A DNA stretch of 64,000 bases from contig NC_042997.1 in NCBI RefSeq assembly GCF_006345805.1, forward strand, positions 141,298,001-141,362,000, read 5' to 3'. Positions 27,766-40,678 of this stretch are shown piece after piece. A program made the translations under genes and the position numbers. Origin of the DNA: Octopus sinensis. Taxonomy: Eukaryota. The notes under the pieces were generated by a model. That model was given only the letters and a program-made list of their open reading frames with translations. It did no database searches and was not told the origin of the DNA. The number at the start of each line of letters is the position of its first letter. Within the stretch, counting starts at the first letter, position 1.

Positions 27766-27770
<5 letters not shown>
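25470..27770 (+). mobile_element. Tx1/L1-clade LINE remnant (ORF1 gag-like CCHC knuckle + ORF2 linker), interrupted by a SINE
   Basis: EGKRPHCFRCGETNQLAARC knuckle near 26900-26960; ORF2 GCIVRAKARALRNEG..HFARLF..SPGLDNLPY; endonuclease region missing. Confidence 0.75.
25697..26050 (+). mobile_element. tRNA-derived SINE with CAA/CAG-rich tail (to about 26250)
   Basis: Head GGAGTCAATGGCCCTATGGTTAGGGCAGCGGACTCGCGG...TTTCGATTCCCC, shared with the copy at 62775. Confidence 0.8.
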
Positions 27771-27800
<30 letters not shown>

Positions 27801-27827
27801 GTAGTAGTAGTAGTAGTAGTAGTAGTA

Positions 27828-27892
<65 letters not shown>

Positions 27893-27920
27893 TCATCATT
27901 ATTATAATTATCATTATTAT
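27766..27920 (+). repeat. (ATT)n(AGT)n compound microsatellite
   Basis: Direct reading. Confidence 0.97.
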
Positions 27921-28944
27921 TATTTCCTCGTGGCTCTCAAATCATTCTCTAGTTCCTGAATGAAATATGGTGTGTGTGAACCCGGGATTGTTCTTAGTGA
28001 AAATACTGAAAATTTTGAAAATATTGAAAGTAGTTTTGGCACAATTCGTAGAAAACGTCTGATAACTAGAACATTTGTGTTGTGACTCCCATTTAAGGCG
28101 CAATAAAAGCATGATATAAAAAGAAACGTATCACAGAAACTTATAGTTAAATCGACTTTAAATCAATTTAAACTACAGCAGACAAAAATAGCTGCCAGGA
28201 AACTACTGGCGAAGTCTCGCGTGATCGAGTCGATAAGTTGCGGAAACGAAAGACAAAAGATGCCACCTGCACAACACTGTCTATTTCAAAGAAAATTTAA
28301 GTTCGAAGTCAATAAAAAAGACTCGACATGATTGCTCGATATGCTAAAAATAAAAGTCCAATTTCTTTCAATTTTTTTCTTTTCTTTTAATGTTCCGATT
28401 TTAAGAGGTTTTACAACAAATAACAGCAAAATTCAAATTACACATAACCATCCATAAAAGCGGTGGGTTGCGCAGACATTTGATAAAGTGGTCCTAAGTA
28501 AACCTAAAGATGGAATTGTGACGTTTGCTGTGCCTTTAATGAGATGTTTACGCATTCAGAGCTGAACTTGTGTTAATCTATAACAGCAACATATTGGATA
28601 ATGCTCTCCTGCATTTACTATGCTTGATGAATTGAATACTTTTCGCATTAACTCTATCTAGTTTGTGGATAAACAACAATGTTTCCATCTCAGTTGACAT
28701 TACCATAAATTGAGCGATGCTGTTTAAGTGGAGAAGCTTAGGGTAGGGAGCATTATGAAATTAATGTTTCACTAGTAATCTATGATGTCTTCTCAACCCG
28801 TGGATACAGGTACACATTCATAAAAGTATGGATATGCAAGTATAAATAGACAGACAAACAAACAGACACACAGACGGATGGATGGACGGACGGACGGATG
28901 AATATAGATATAGAGATTAAAATATGGGGATGCACGCATAAATG

Positions 28945-29300
28945 ACAACGAACCAGAAAATATTGAAACGTGAAGAAATTGCAAGAATGTGGACTATGAG
29001 GGGAGTGTTTGTCGTTCTAGTAGTTGTAGTAACATTCGGAGTACTAACAACCAGGTTCGAGAAATCTGTCAGAGAAATTGACATGAGAGCAGAGCAAGCC
29101 CAAGAAACTGCACTGCTGGGGACAGCTAGGATATTGATATTGGTACTTCAATGTTGAAAGTCTCCCACGATAGCTAACAACCAAGTACCAAAGCATATAA
29201 TGTGTGGAAAGAGACCCTGTGAGACCTCTGACAGCAGGCTGCTGTCCGCTCTCACAGAACCTACAAGAGCAAACAAGATCAAACGCTCTGCGAAGTTGTG
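28945..29300 (+). mobile_element. R4/Dong-clade LINE 3' end
   Basis: EIARMWTMRGVFVVLVVVVTFG..QAQETALLGTARILILVLQC*. Confidence 0.85.
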
Positions 29301-29304
29301 ACCC

Positions 29305-29787
29305 CCTTCGGTCATGAATGACCATGGGATTGCACCAAGGCACAAGTCTGGGCAAGGTTGTTTATGGAAGACCAGCAGTCGCCCACGCATACCAGCCTCT
29401 CCTCTCCACGCCACCGATGTTTTCCAAGGGAATGGCAAAGGCCGATACAGTTAGGCACCAATGACGTCGCAGCTCATTTATTAACGTGCAAGTGGCTGAG
29501 CACTCCACAGACACGTGTACCCTTAACGTAGTTCTCGGCCTAGTCACACAGAGAGTGACATGGCTGGCCCTTTGAAATACAGGTTCAACAGAAACAGGAA
29601 GAAAGAGTGAGAGAAAGTTGTGGGGAAAGAGTACAGCAGGGTTCACCACCACCACCTGCCGGAACCTCGTGGAGCTTTTAGGTGTTTTCGCTCAATAAAC
29701 ACTCACGATGCCCGATCTGGGAATCGAAACCGCATTCCTACGACCGCAGGTCCGCTGCCCTAAGCACTGGGCCATTGAGCCTCCACA
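29305..29787 (-). mobile_element. Adjacent or chimeric SINE family C tail and family B body
   Basis: Reverse complement of 61385-61558 followed by reverse complement of about 62775-63085. Confidence 0.75.
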
Positions 29788-30139
29788 TTGCGCTCTGAGA
29801 AGTAAAACAATAATAATAATGTATTTCTAATAGTTATATAAATGTAGAGAACGTGTACTTGTTCTCCTACACTGTAACTCCTCACACAATAATTTTTAGA
29901 TAATACGATTTTATTTGGAATAAGTTGCTATTTATAAGTTAGTAAAATTCATAAGGCTACAGGGGGAGGAAAGAATATCGAGTAAGAAGGTATAATAAAA
30001 TAAGGGACTGAACTAGGATTATAACCTCTTCTATTCACACTCACACACACGGACACATATATATGTATACACGGACATATACATATACATATTCACGGAC
30101 ACACACACACACATATACGTGTGTGTGTGTGTGTGTTAA

Positions 30140-30378
30140 TAATTTGTTAATAATATATATCCATTAACTTCCACACATAGTCACGCGTATATATGTATGC
30201 ATGTATATCACGTTAACACACACACGTACACACATATGCATATATATATATGTGTGTGTGTGTGTGTGTTTGTGTATGTGTACGTGTATGTGTGCATTTG
30301 TTCACGTGATATACATGTATACATATATATGCGTGAATATGTGTGGAAGTTAACAATTATATATAATTAACAAATTTG
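30140..30378. repeat. Inverted repeat with microsatellite core (MITE-like)
   Basis: About 75-bp arms (..TTAACTTCCACACATAGTCACGCG.. / ..GCGTGAATATGTGTGGAAGTTAA..) around (CA)/(TA)/(TG) repeats. Confidence 0.7.
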
Positions 30379-31049
30379 TCATTTCCACTTCTTACAGAGG
30401 TTTCAATTAATACTCAATAGTTTATTCTGCTGAAATAAATTGATAGGTTCACATTTAACATCCGAAGGTACATCTTTTTTCTTTTTTCTCTGATGAAATT
30501 ATGCTCATGTCACAGAAATTTAAATTCAATGTACAAATTTGTAATTAAATTATTGAGTATTAATTGAAACGGCTGTAAGAAGCGAAGATGACGAATTTGT
30601 TAATAATAAATAATTAACTTCCTTATCTCCATTTTCTTTTCTTCTTCTATCAGGATATAAACTATATGCTTAATAATTACCTAACGTTTTTAAGGGTATT
30701 TCATTCCCCCAAATACTTGGTATTGAACCAGTATGAGCAGGTAATTCGGTTGACCTGAAAGCTGAACCCTCATAGTTGAAAACGTTGTAGAACCAGCAAC
30801 TTTTGCAACAGAAGTATGTTATTTGAGTAATAATAATGTTCCACTCATTCTCCTAATTGCAAACAAAGCAATTGCAATATTTTTTGAATAGATAATGTGT
30901 GTGCATAGCAAAAATTGACGAATCTCAAATGAGATTAAAGGAGGAAGTGAATATATAATATGTATTTAAATTGAGCTGAAAATCTCAATGAATTGAAAAC
31001 TCGCACACATGCACACACCTGCGCGAGCGCCTGTGTTCCTATGAGTATG

Positions 31050-31515
<466 letters not shown>

Positions 31516-32176
31516 AATTGAGTGGCATTTTTGATTTTGTATGATTTTTAAAGTCACTATAAACCTAAACACGTCATTGATTATTTTAAATCAAAATAAT
31601 GAAATTCGAAGAATTTTTTAAAAGTAGGAACGTAACTAGAAGATGAGTTGTACAGCTTTGAATTACAGCATGACTTGAATGAATTTAACTGACACTAAAC
31701 ATAAACAGTGTTGTAAAATTGAGATATAAAAAAGTGCATGAATTTGTGTATTATAATTGAAAACTGTGCATACTACTGTCCGTCCTACAATGTACATATA
31801 TATATATTTAGATATAGGCTTCTACAAAAACACATATCAAAATATATATACGTAAATACTTGGAGTGTGTGTGTGTGGACATATGTTTGTGTTTATATAA
31901 ACATGTAATACGTACAAATATATATAAATAGATTGGTAGGTATATACACACAACCTCTTATATGTGTTCAAACACACATATACATACACACACACACACA
32001 CACACACACATATAAATATATATATATACATGCATATATATGTATATATATATAGACATGTAATGCATACAAATATACATACAAAGAGATAGATATGCAG
32101 ACACACATATACACATGTACATATGTACACATATATATATATACACATACATGCACATATATGTATGTATAAATGC

Positions 32177-32217
<41 letters not shown>

Positions 32218-33029
32218 TGTGTGTTGTGTGTGTATACAGAAGTGTACCCATGTATTTGTATGTATATAATTGTGTGAGTGTGAATATGTGGAGTGTGTGT
32301 GTTCTTTTAACACTGATTCTCAGCTCAATTTAACTACAATTTGAATGTCTGACTTCCCTTTCTTTTTTTCGATCTCACTTGATGCGCTCGAATTTCGTAA
32401 AAACTTTTATTACCCACGAGCTTTATCTATTGCGAAATTGCAATTGCGTCTGTTTGCAATTAGCAGAAAGGCAAGGCAGTATTATGACTCGGATAACTCA
32501 GCTTTCTTTATTGCTGTTATTAACGAATAATATTGGTCGATCACTGAAGAAACACTTTCGATGATTTTAATGCAGTGCTGCTGAGATAGAAGAGAAAACG
32601 CATTGGTAAAGAAAATACAAGAGAGGTAGACAGAGAGAGAGAGAGAGAGAGAGAGAGTCTGAAAGAGACTAAAACGGAGGGTGAATGGGAAAGCGATAGA
32701 GAGAGAGAAATGCGTTGTTAAGGGTTGAATTACTGGAATGTCGAAATGTCTTGTTGGAGAGGAAGTTAACGAATGATACCAGATTAATGTTATCTGAGTG
32801 TAATGGTAGATTGGCGTATTCTGTGTTAAAGACTGAAGGAGTTGGGAGGAGGCTGGAAGAGGTTGGGTCGTGGCAAAATAATCACAAGACAGTATCGAGA
32901 GAATGACAGAGGTGGTGGTGGTGGTGGTGGTAGTAGTCGTGGTGAATATGTGAGCAATAATTCCGGTTTGAAAACAGATTAGTGAGAATAGATAAACTCT
33001 ATTCTCACTAATATATATATATGTATGTA

Positions 33030-33320
33030 TTCATTTACTTGTTTCAGTCATTTGACTGGGGCTATGCTGAAGCACCACCTTTTAGTCGAAGAAATCAACC
33101 CCTTATTTTATTCATTGTAAGCCCGGTACTTATATCGGGCTCTTCTACCGGACCGCTAGGTTACGGGGGCGTAAACACATCAACATCGGTTATCAAGTAA
33201 TGGAAGTGGGGACATAGTAAGACTCAAAGACACACCATAAATATATACATACATATACGACAGGCTTCTTTCAGTTTCCGTCAATCAAATCTACTCACAG
33301 TGCTTTGGTCGGTCCGAGGC
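33030..33320 (-). mobile_element. Composite SINE D-(microsatellite)-E, partial
   Basis: E part TGTTTCAGTCATTTGACTG..GCACCACCTTTAGTCG; D part GGCTTCTTTCAGTTTCCGTC. Confidence 0.7.
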
Positions 33321-33347
33321 ATATATATATATATATATATATATATA

Positions 33348-34194
33348 CTAGCTGAAGTACCCGGTAATTCCCGGGAAAGTGAGGGTTATCCCTTGGTTTC
33401 GTTCTCATAATTGTTTCACTAATCTAATAACAAAAATACAAAGTATGTAGCCATTAAAACGGTTTTTGTGCATTTACAGAGAATACCGAAACGTCTTACA
33501 CAGGATCTTGTTTTAGGAATTCCCAATAAGTTATGAATACCAAGATTGTGAAGTCAGTTATGTAATAACATCAAATTAGTTACCCGATAGTAAGAAATAA
33601 AAAAAGTAGCCCCCAAAAGGGCTTTAATGCATTCCTAGAGTATATAAAACATAAGAGGAAATACTATTAAGGTATGTATACTAAAATTGTGAAGCATGTT
33701 ACATAATAGCAGGCTAATCGTATATGAGATTATAACAATTCAAAATAAATAACTCTGAAAAGGACATTTGTGCTTTCCCAGAGAATATTACCCTCAGGGG
33801 CGCTAGTATTGGTATATTCGTGAATAAGTCACTAACCGAAATAAGTGGATTTATTGTTTATGAAAATGCTATTTACTTGTTTAAGTGTTGTGCTGGATAA
33901 ATTGCGAAAATAAATCTAACAATTCAAATACTAAGAAATAAGCATATTCAATTTGATTTTTACCAAATAATTTAGGAAAATGAATGGGTTATTTCCCTTG
34001 GCTATATATAAGGATCGCTTCCTGGGCCATATTATCGATTATTTTTTCGACAATCTGAGTATGCCATGAGGTTTCCAGACATGAGTTCTACTCACGTGTC
34101 AAGCTTCATCAAAATCGATAATACGATGTAGGAGGAGTTAGCTAACAACACCACAAACACACCCACAGACAGAATTTTCCACATATGTAGTAGA
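33348..34194 (-). mobile_element. Non-autonomous Helitron with both termini
   Basis: Minus strand starts A|TCTACTAC at 34194 and ends CCCGG-GAATTA-CCGGG hairpin + 8 nt + CTAG|T at 33348; A|T target, no TSD. Confidence 0.8.
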
Positions 34195-34198
34195 TATG

Positions 34199-34255
<57 letters not shown>

Positions 34256-34256
34256 C

Positions 34257-34740
34257 CTGGCGTTGCTGTGTAGTAAGAAGCTTGCTTCCCAACCACATCG
34301 TGCTGGGGTCAGTCCCACTGCGTGGTAGCCTGGGCGCAAGCAAAGCCTTGTCAGTAGATTTGATTGACGGAAACTGAAAAAGGTCTCTCGCATATGTATG
34401 TGTGTGTCGATATTTGTCCCCCATCACCACTTGACGATCGATGTTGGTGAAAACTAGGCTGAAAAAATAAGACCGGGGTCGATTTTTTTCGAATAAAACC
34501 TATGCTTCAGCATGTCCGCATTCTAACGACTGAAACAAAAAAGATACATAAAAAAATATGCTGGAGTGGCTGTGAGGTAAGTAGCTTGCTTACCAACCAC
34601 ATTGCTCCGGGTTCAGATGCAATGCGTGTCACCTTAGGCGAGAGTCTTCTAATATAGCCCCGGGCTGACCAAAGCCTTATGAGTAGATTTGGTAAACGGA
34701 AACTGAAGAAGCCCGTCGTATATATATATATATATATATA

Positions 34741-34779
<39 letters not shown>

Positions 34780-35049
34780 TATATATATACGATAAATAGC
34801 CTTCACGTAAACCATTGGTTCATTTTGTTCTCTTACTTTATTATCATCTTATAATCATCTCATAATAATGACCTTTATGACTCGTATTACTACCTCAGTC
34901 AATCTAAATGTATATATTTGTCACTACCTTTCATAATTAGCCTTTTTCTATTTGCAATATGCATTTTCGTTGATTTTTCATATTTTACCCTTACATTTCC
35001 ACGTGTATTTTATATTTTCTTTTCGTAACATATTTCTGCTATATATATA

Positions 35050-35107
<58 letters not shown>

Positions 35108-35310
35108 ATATATGTTTATGTGTTTGTGTTTGTCTCCATACCCTGGCTTGACAGCAGATTCTGTTGTGTTTACGTCGCCGTAACTTAGCGGTTCGGCCAA
35201 AGATATCGATAGAATAAGTACTAGGCTTACAAAACTACGTCCTGGGGTCAATTTGTTCGACTAAAGGTGGTACTCCAGCATGGCGCAAGCAAATAATTGA
35301 AACAAGTAAA
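34257..35310 (+). mobile_element. Two composite D-E SINE copies with internal (TA)n/(TG)n
   Basis: Heads at about 34257 and 34558 (GTGGCTGTGAGGTAAGTAGCTTGCTT..GGGTTCAG); tails ending GACTGAAACAA at about 34537 and 35305. Confidence 0.75.
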
Positions 35311-35368
35311 GAAATAAAGAATGTGTGTATACATGATATATTTATATTATAACATGTATATGATGTAA

Positions 35369-35685
35369 GGCGCGTGGCTTAGTGGTGAGAGTATTTGGGA
35401 CACGTTAATATGGTCGTGAGTTCAATTCCCGGCGACGCGTTGTGTCCTTGAGCATGACTTTGTTCCACTTTGCTCCAGTTCACTCAGCTAACAGAAATGA
35501 GTTCTACTTGTAATTCAAAGGGCCGGCTTTGTCACATTCTGTGTCACGCTGGATCTCCCTGAGAACTATGTTAAGGGTACGCGTGTCTGTGGAGTACTCA
35601 GCCACATGCACGTTAATTTCATGAGCAGGCTGTTTTATTGATTGGATCAACCGGAACCCTCGTCATCGTAACCGACGGTGTGCCA
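35369..35685 (+). mobile_element. CORE-type SINE family B
   Basis: Colinear with 568-890. Confidence 0.8.
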
Positions 35686-35754
35686 GTATACATATATATA
35701 TATATGTATTCGTGTGCGTGTGTGTGTGTGTGTGTGTACGCCCATATACCTTTT

Positions 35755-35947
35755 ATCTTTTACTTGTTTCAGTCATTAGACAGTGGTCATGTTGGAACAT
35801 TGTTTAGAATACTCCTTAGTCAAATTAATTGATCCCAGTACTTTTCCTTTTAAGTCTAGTAATTATTCTATCAGGCCATTTTGCCGAGCCGCTAGGTTAT
35901 GGGGACTTAAACGCACCATCACCGGTTGTCTAGCAGTGATTGGGGAT

Positions 35948-36017
<70 letters not shown>

Positions 36018-36176
36018 CCATATACGACAGACTTCTTTCAGTTTCCATGTCCCAAATCTACTCAGAAGGCCTTGGTCGGCCAAGGGCTATAGCAAAAGAT
36101 TCTTGCCCAAGATGGCATGCTGTGGGACTGAACCCGAAACCATGTAGTTGGGAAGCAAGTTCCTTATCATACAGTG

Positions 36177-36177
<1 letters not shown>
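35755..36177 (-). mobile_element. Composite D-E SINE with internal (TA)n
   Basis: E at 35755-35945, (TA)n at 35945-36020, D at 36025-36177. Confidence 0.75.
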
Positions 36178-36214
<37 letters not shown>

Positions 36215-37665
36215 GTATGTGTTTATGTATTATATAATCCATAACCGTGAGGCCGACAAAATTTTTTTGTTTCGTAGAAGTATTCACCAAGAACTGCCAT
36301 TGACATATGGCACTGCTACTTATAGGGCAGAGTGCGTATTATGAGTGTAGCTAATTTCTGTGGTGTTATGGTGGACTCCTAGTGAAGAAATAGTAGAATA
36401 GCTGAAAGTATACATGGTGTTGAAGAGAGTCTAGTTATAGAAGCTAGTGGTGATCATAAAATATGAAGAGTCAAAGAGAATTGTACTGATGTGCTTGTTG
36501 GTAATCGTGTCAAAGGAGTTGGGAGTGGTGGATCGTGATGCTGTTGGCTGTGAAGTAAAAAAGTGATGAAGCGATAGCTGGTGCGAGTAAAGAAATTGTT
36601 TGCAAGGAAACAACTGATACAGGCGATGATTGCTGGCAAGGATGCACAAGTGCACACACATACAGAACAACTCCAGAAATGGACGCGGGCGTACATATTT
36701 ACACACACACATTTACATGTATGCACACATGCACACCAGCAAACATACACACATATGTACACACACATACACTCACACATACAAATGCAAAAACACACAA
36801 ACTGACAAGGCTATCAGAATTAACAAAAATAACAACTCAAGCGATACTACTTCTGTTGTACTGTTGTCAATTATGGAACTGACTTCTGCTTCGTATACCA
36901 CTGAGTGGGTTTTTCAAGCAAGTATGTGTCTTTTTTTGTAGCTAAATGTTCTATAGGCTTCTGGCTAAAATACTTTTAATATTTGGTGTCCTACTAAATA
37001 TCAGTTCCAAGTGCGTTTTCTATCAAAGATGGATTTATGACGGCGGTTGCTTACTCTTTTATCCGATTAAGCCTGACGAGGCAGTAGTATTAAAAATATT
37101 TTGTCTGTCGATTCGAAACGGATTTCCCCTAAACTGAATTCTATGTTTAAATAGAAAGGTGTCGGGAACCAGATAATTTTTGCGAATCTATTTTTGAATG
37201 CGGATTAAGTGAGTTAGTAATTTACGTAATCCAGTGCTTGAAACAGTTCTCAGTTATGACGTATTGTAGTAAGGAGTTGTTCAATCGAAGACTTTTTTAA
37301 TAGAAGATAGGCTGCAGTTTACTGTATTGAAAGGACGGATATTTCATAAAAAAAGTTGGATGGCCAGAGTATTTATTCAAATATCATAATATTTCGGAGG
37401 ATTTCACATAGATTTCGTTCGAGATTCGGAGATGAGTTCTAAAAGAAGGAAACAAAGTCATAACAGAGTCAATTTTATTCATAAATATATCAAATCTATA
37501 TTATTCATTGAGAGCTTTGGCTTAAACTGTGGTTCTATGTTTTTACAGCGGAATATTAATCAACGATAGACACCGCATACATACGTTTGTATGAATGTAT
37601 GTATGTATGTATGTATGTATGTATGTATGTATGTATGTATGTATGTATGTATGTATGTATGTATG

Positions 37666-37935
37666 TTCTCTTCTGTTTTTAATAATATGAATTTTATCAT
37701 CGGGGTTAGCCATCCAATATGGCGGCATAAATTGCTGATGTTTCCTTCAAGTTTTTTTTCCCATCTAGGTTGGTTCTCTCTAGTAATTTCATTACCGTAT
37801 ATACTACAGATTTCTCCTATGTGTTCTTTAAGTGTGGTAGCAGATGCGTGTATGAGGGTTTTAATAGGCCAGTAATTAACATCACGTGATTCCACGTGCT
37901 CTCCAGGAACATCGACAACTTTAAACATCAAAGCA
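37666..37935 (-). mobile_element. R4/Dong-clade N-terminal ORF fragment
   Basis: TLIHASATT...[22 protein letters not shown] resembles PxWKRRLExKIxxLRxDIxxL. Confidence 0.6.
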
Positions 37936-38142
37936 GTTATAATTCTCCTTTAATCTTGGTAAGAACGACCTGTGACTCAACAGTAGTTTCGAAAAGGTGG
38001 AAAACTTTGTACGAACCAGGCATACCAGATGTTTCTAAGTTGAATGTATTCTTCAGTCGTCTCTGTCGACTTAGATACAGATGGCCATACATTAGAATTT
38101 AATCATGCGGCCGCATTTCATTTACATTATTTTCGATAGGGA

Positions 38143-38560
38143 CGCGACCTGGCAGAATCGTTAGCACGCCGGGTGAAATGCTTAGCAGTATTTCGTCTGC
38201 CGCTACGTTCTGAGTACAAATTACGCTGAGGTCGACTTTGCCTCTCATCCTTTCGGGGTCGATTAAATAAGTACCAGTTACGCACTGGGGTTGATATAAT
38301 CGACTTAATCCTTAATCCGTTTGTCTGTCCTTGTTTGTCCTCTCTGTGTTTAGCCCCTTGTGGGTAGTAAAGAAATAGGTATTTCGTCTTCCGTTACGTT
38401 CAGATTTCAAATTCCCCCGAGGTCTACTTTACTTTTCATCCTTTCGGAGTCAATTAAATAAGTACTAGTTACTCACTAGGGCCGACGTAATCGACTTAAT
38501 CCATTTGTCTGTCCTTGTTTGTCCCCTCTATATATAGCCCCCTGTGGACAATAAAGAAAT
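38143..38560 (+). mobile_element. SINE family A tandem dimer
   Basis: Junction AAAGAAATAGGTATTTC at 38369-38385. Confidence 0.8.
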
Positions 38561-40678
38561 AATTATTTTCGATCTCTCTTATGACGATTTTGGTAAGTTC
38601 TCAGTATTTTGAAAAGATCGGTTATCATCACTAAAAGTAAACCTTAAAGATGTTTAAGTTGGATTGAACTTCGTCACAGTAATTATCAACTACTTCCTGT
38701 ATCTGATAGAAAGGTCACCACTAGTTTTTTCTTAACACCGAAGTAAACCCTGGTTTGCATATAAGTTCAAATAAAGTGAAAGGAATACTTACATCTTCTT
38801 AAATAGCTTACTGGTGCTGTAGTACGGTTTTTGTCCAAGGTGTTGTTATCAATTTCAGGAATGATCGAGATTCCACATGGTATAAGGTTTATTTATTTTC
38901 AAGTCCGCCTAGAAAAACGCTACGTTGATAAGTAAAAGCTGTTTCTCTTATTCATAACTGGAGAAATAAACCAGTTACTGGTTTAGGCTGCATGTAGAAG
39001 AAAATATTCAAAAAGAAATATTAAACAGTCCGCTATGCCTGCACATCTGATGTTGACGGTACTATGATGTATGAGTTTATGTATGTTATTCGTTTCTCTT
39101 TTTTTAATTCAGAATAAATATTGACCGGGTACCTGCTTGGTAGTAAGGTTGATAAGGAAAACATATTTTGTTCCCTCAACGTTCAATACAATTTCAGCCA
39201 TACATTCTTCCAGAGCAGGTTGGTTCGCATCCTTTTGTTCCATTAAAAAAAAGGTATGAAGCTGAAAATGTATCTCGAGTACTGGATTTGCAGTATGTAT
39301 GTATATAAGAATGCATGCATGTATATATGTTTATATGTATAAACGTATGTGTGTCTTCAGAAGTATAGCGGCGGTGAATCGGGGAAAATTTCGAATGAAA
39401 ATAATTTGAGATATTTGGTTACGCCCCGTTACCGCGTGGTTACGTCACATTATGTGCAGGTTAACTTCAACGCTGCATAGGCACATCTGTTTCTCTCCAA
39501 GAAAGGCGGGATGTCCAGCATAGGTGAGATTACTTCATTGCAAACTTTTAATGTCAAAAGGACTAAAGAAGAGTAGTTATCTCATGATAGTGGGAGTGGT
39601 TCTTATTAAACAAGTGCGATTGCCTATAAAAATAATAAAGAAAAGATAGGAAAAAAAACAAGAAGCCAAAAAGAAAGAAAGAATAAATTAATAAATGAAT
39701 GAATGAATGAAAGACCTGATGTAATATTCGTTGTCAAAAATCTTCGTTAGTGGTTTTCTAGCTGATGTCTTTTTCTGTTTACGTTAGCATCTCTATAAAC
39801 AACATACGTTCGAAAAATATCCGACTTATTTTTTCCCGCCAAAACTAATGCTGCCTGGACAAAATCTTTTGAATGGGAGATGATGTCAACTTACCTTCGC
39901 ATACATGAAATTTTTTGCGCCAGTAGGTCACAACATTTACCGGCTATTATGCTTAGAATACAAACGTGTAATATGCGCTTGTCGGATTTTCGTTTTAACG
40001 AATACACCAAGCAGATATATTGCATCAAGTTTTACCAAAAGCATGGTACTACTTAAGCTCAAACCTCCCAGAAGAGTCAGCCGGGCTTTGGCGATGATTC
40101 CATGGGCAAAACTTAGATGAATGAGTGGTGAACCGCTTCAAACGTGGTCGTACTTCAGTGTAGTATGAGGTACGCTCAGACCATCTTCAAGTCAAAACGA
40201 GGAGCTGATTGAGAAGTTTCGGCGAATAGTCATGAAAGACCGTTGTGAAGCAGCCCAGGAAATTGCACACGAAGTGGGAATAAGCGCAGAGTCAGTGCAT
40301 TCCGTTTTAACGGAGGATTTGTGCATGCGGAGTGTCGGCGGAATTTGTCCCCAGAGTGCTGGCGGAGAAGCAGAAGCAACTCCAAATGAAAATCGGTCAG
40401 GATTATGCTGGACTGCAAACTACGACCCAGATTTCATGAAGACCATCATCAAAGGTGATGAAACATAGGTTTATGGTCTCTGTTCGATGAGTTCGGTCAT
40501 CTTGTCTGAAAACGAAAATTCGACAAACGCACAATACACGTCTGTATTCCAAGTGTTAAAGCCGGGAACTGACACGGTTTACCAGTGCCAAAATTCTCAC
40601 GCATGTGCAGGAAGGGTTACGTCACCTTTTTTGCAAAGGATTTTGTCCATGCGGCATTAGTTTTGGCGGAAAACATTA

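Noticed and set aside
27920-28005. Possible terminal exon FSLRTIPGSHTPYFIQELENDLRATRK*
   Set aside because: It rests on an acceptor-like sequence only; no homology recognised and no connected exon.
37061-37123. CTGACGA...GAAA with ATCCG/CGGAT pairing (type-III hammerhead-like)
   Set aside because: U16.1 is missing, there is no stem I, and stem II does not close at GAAA.
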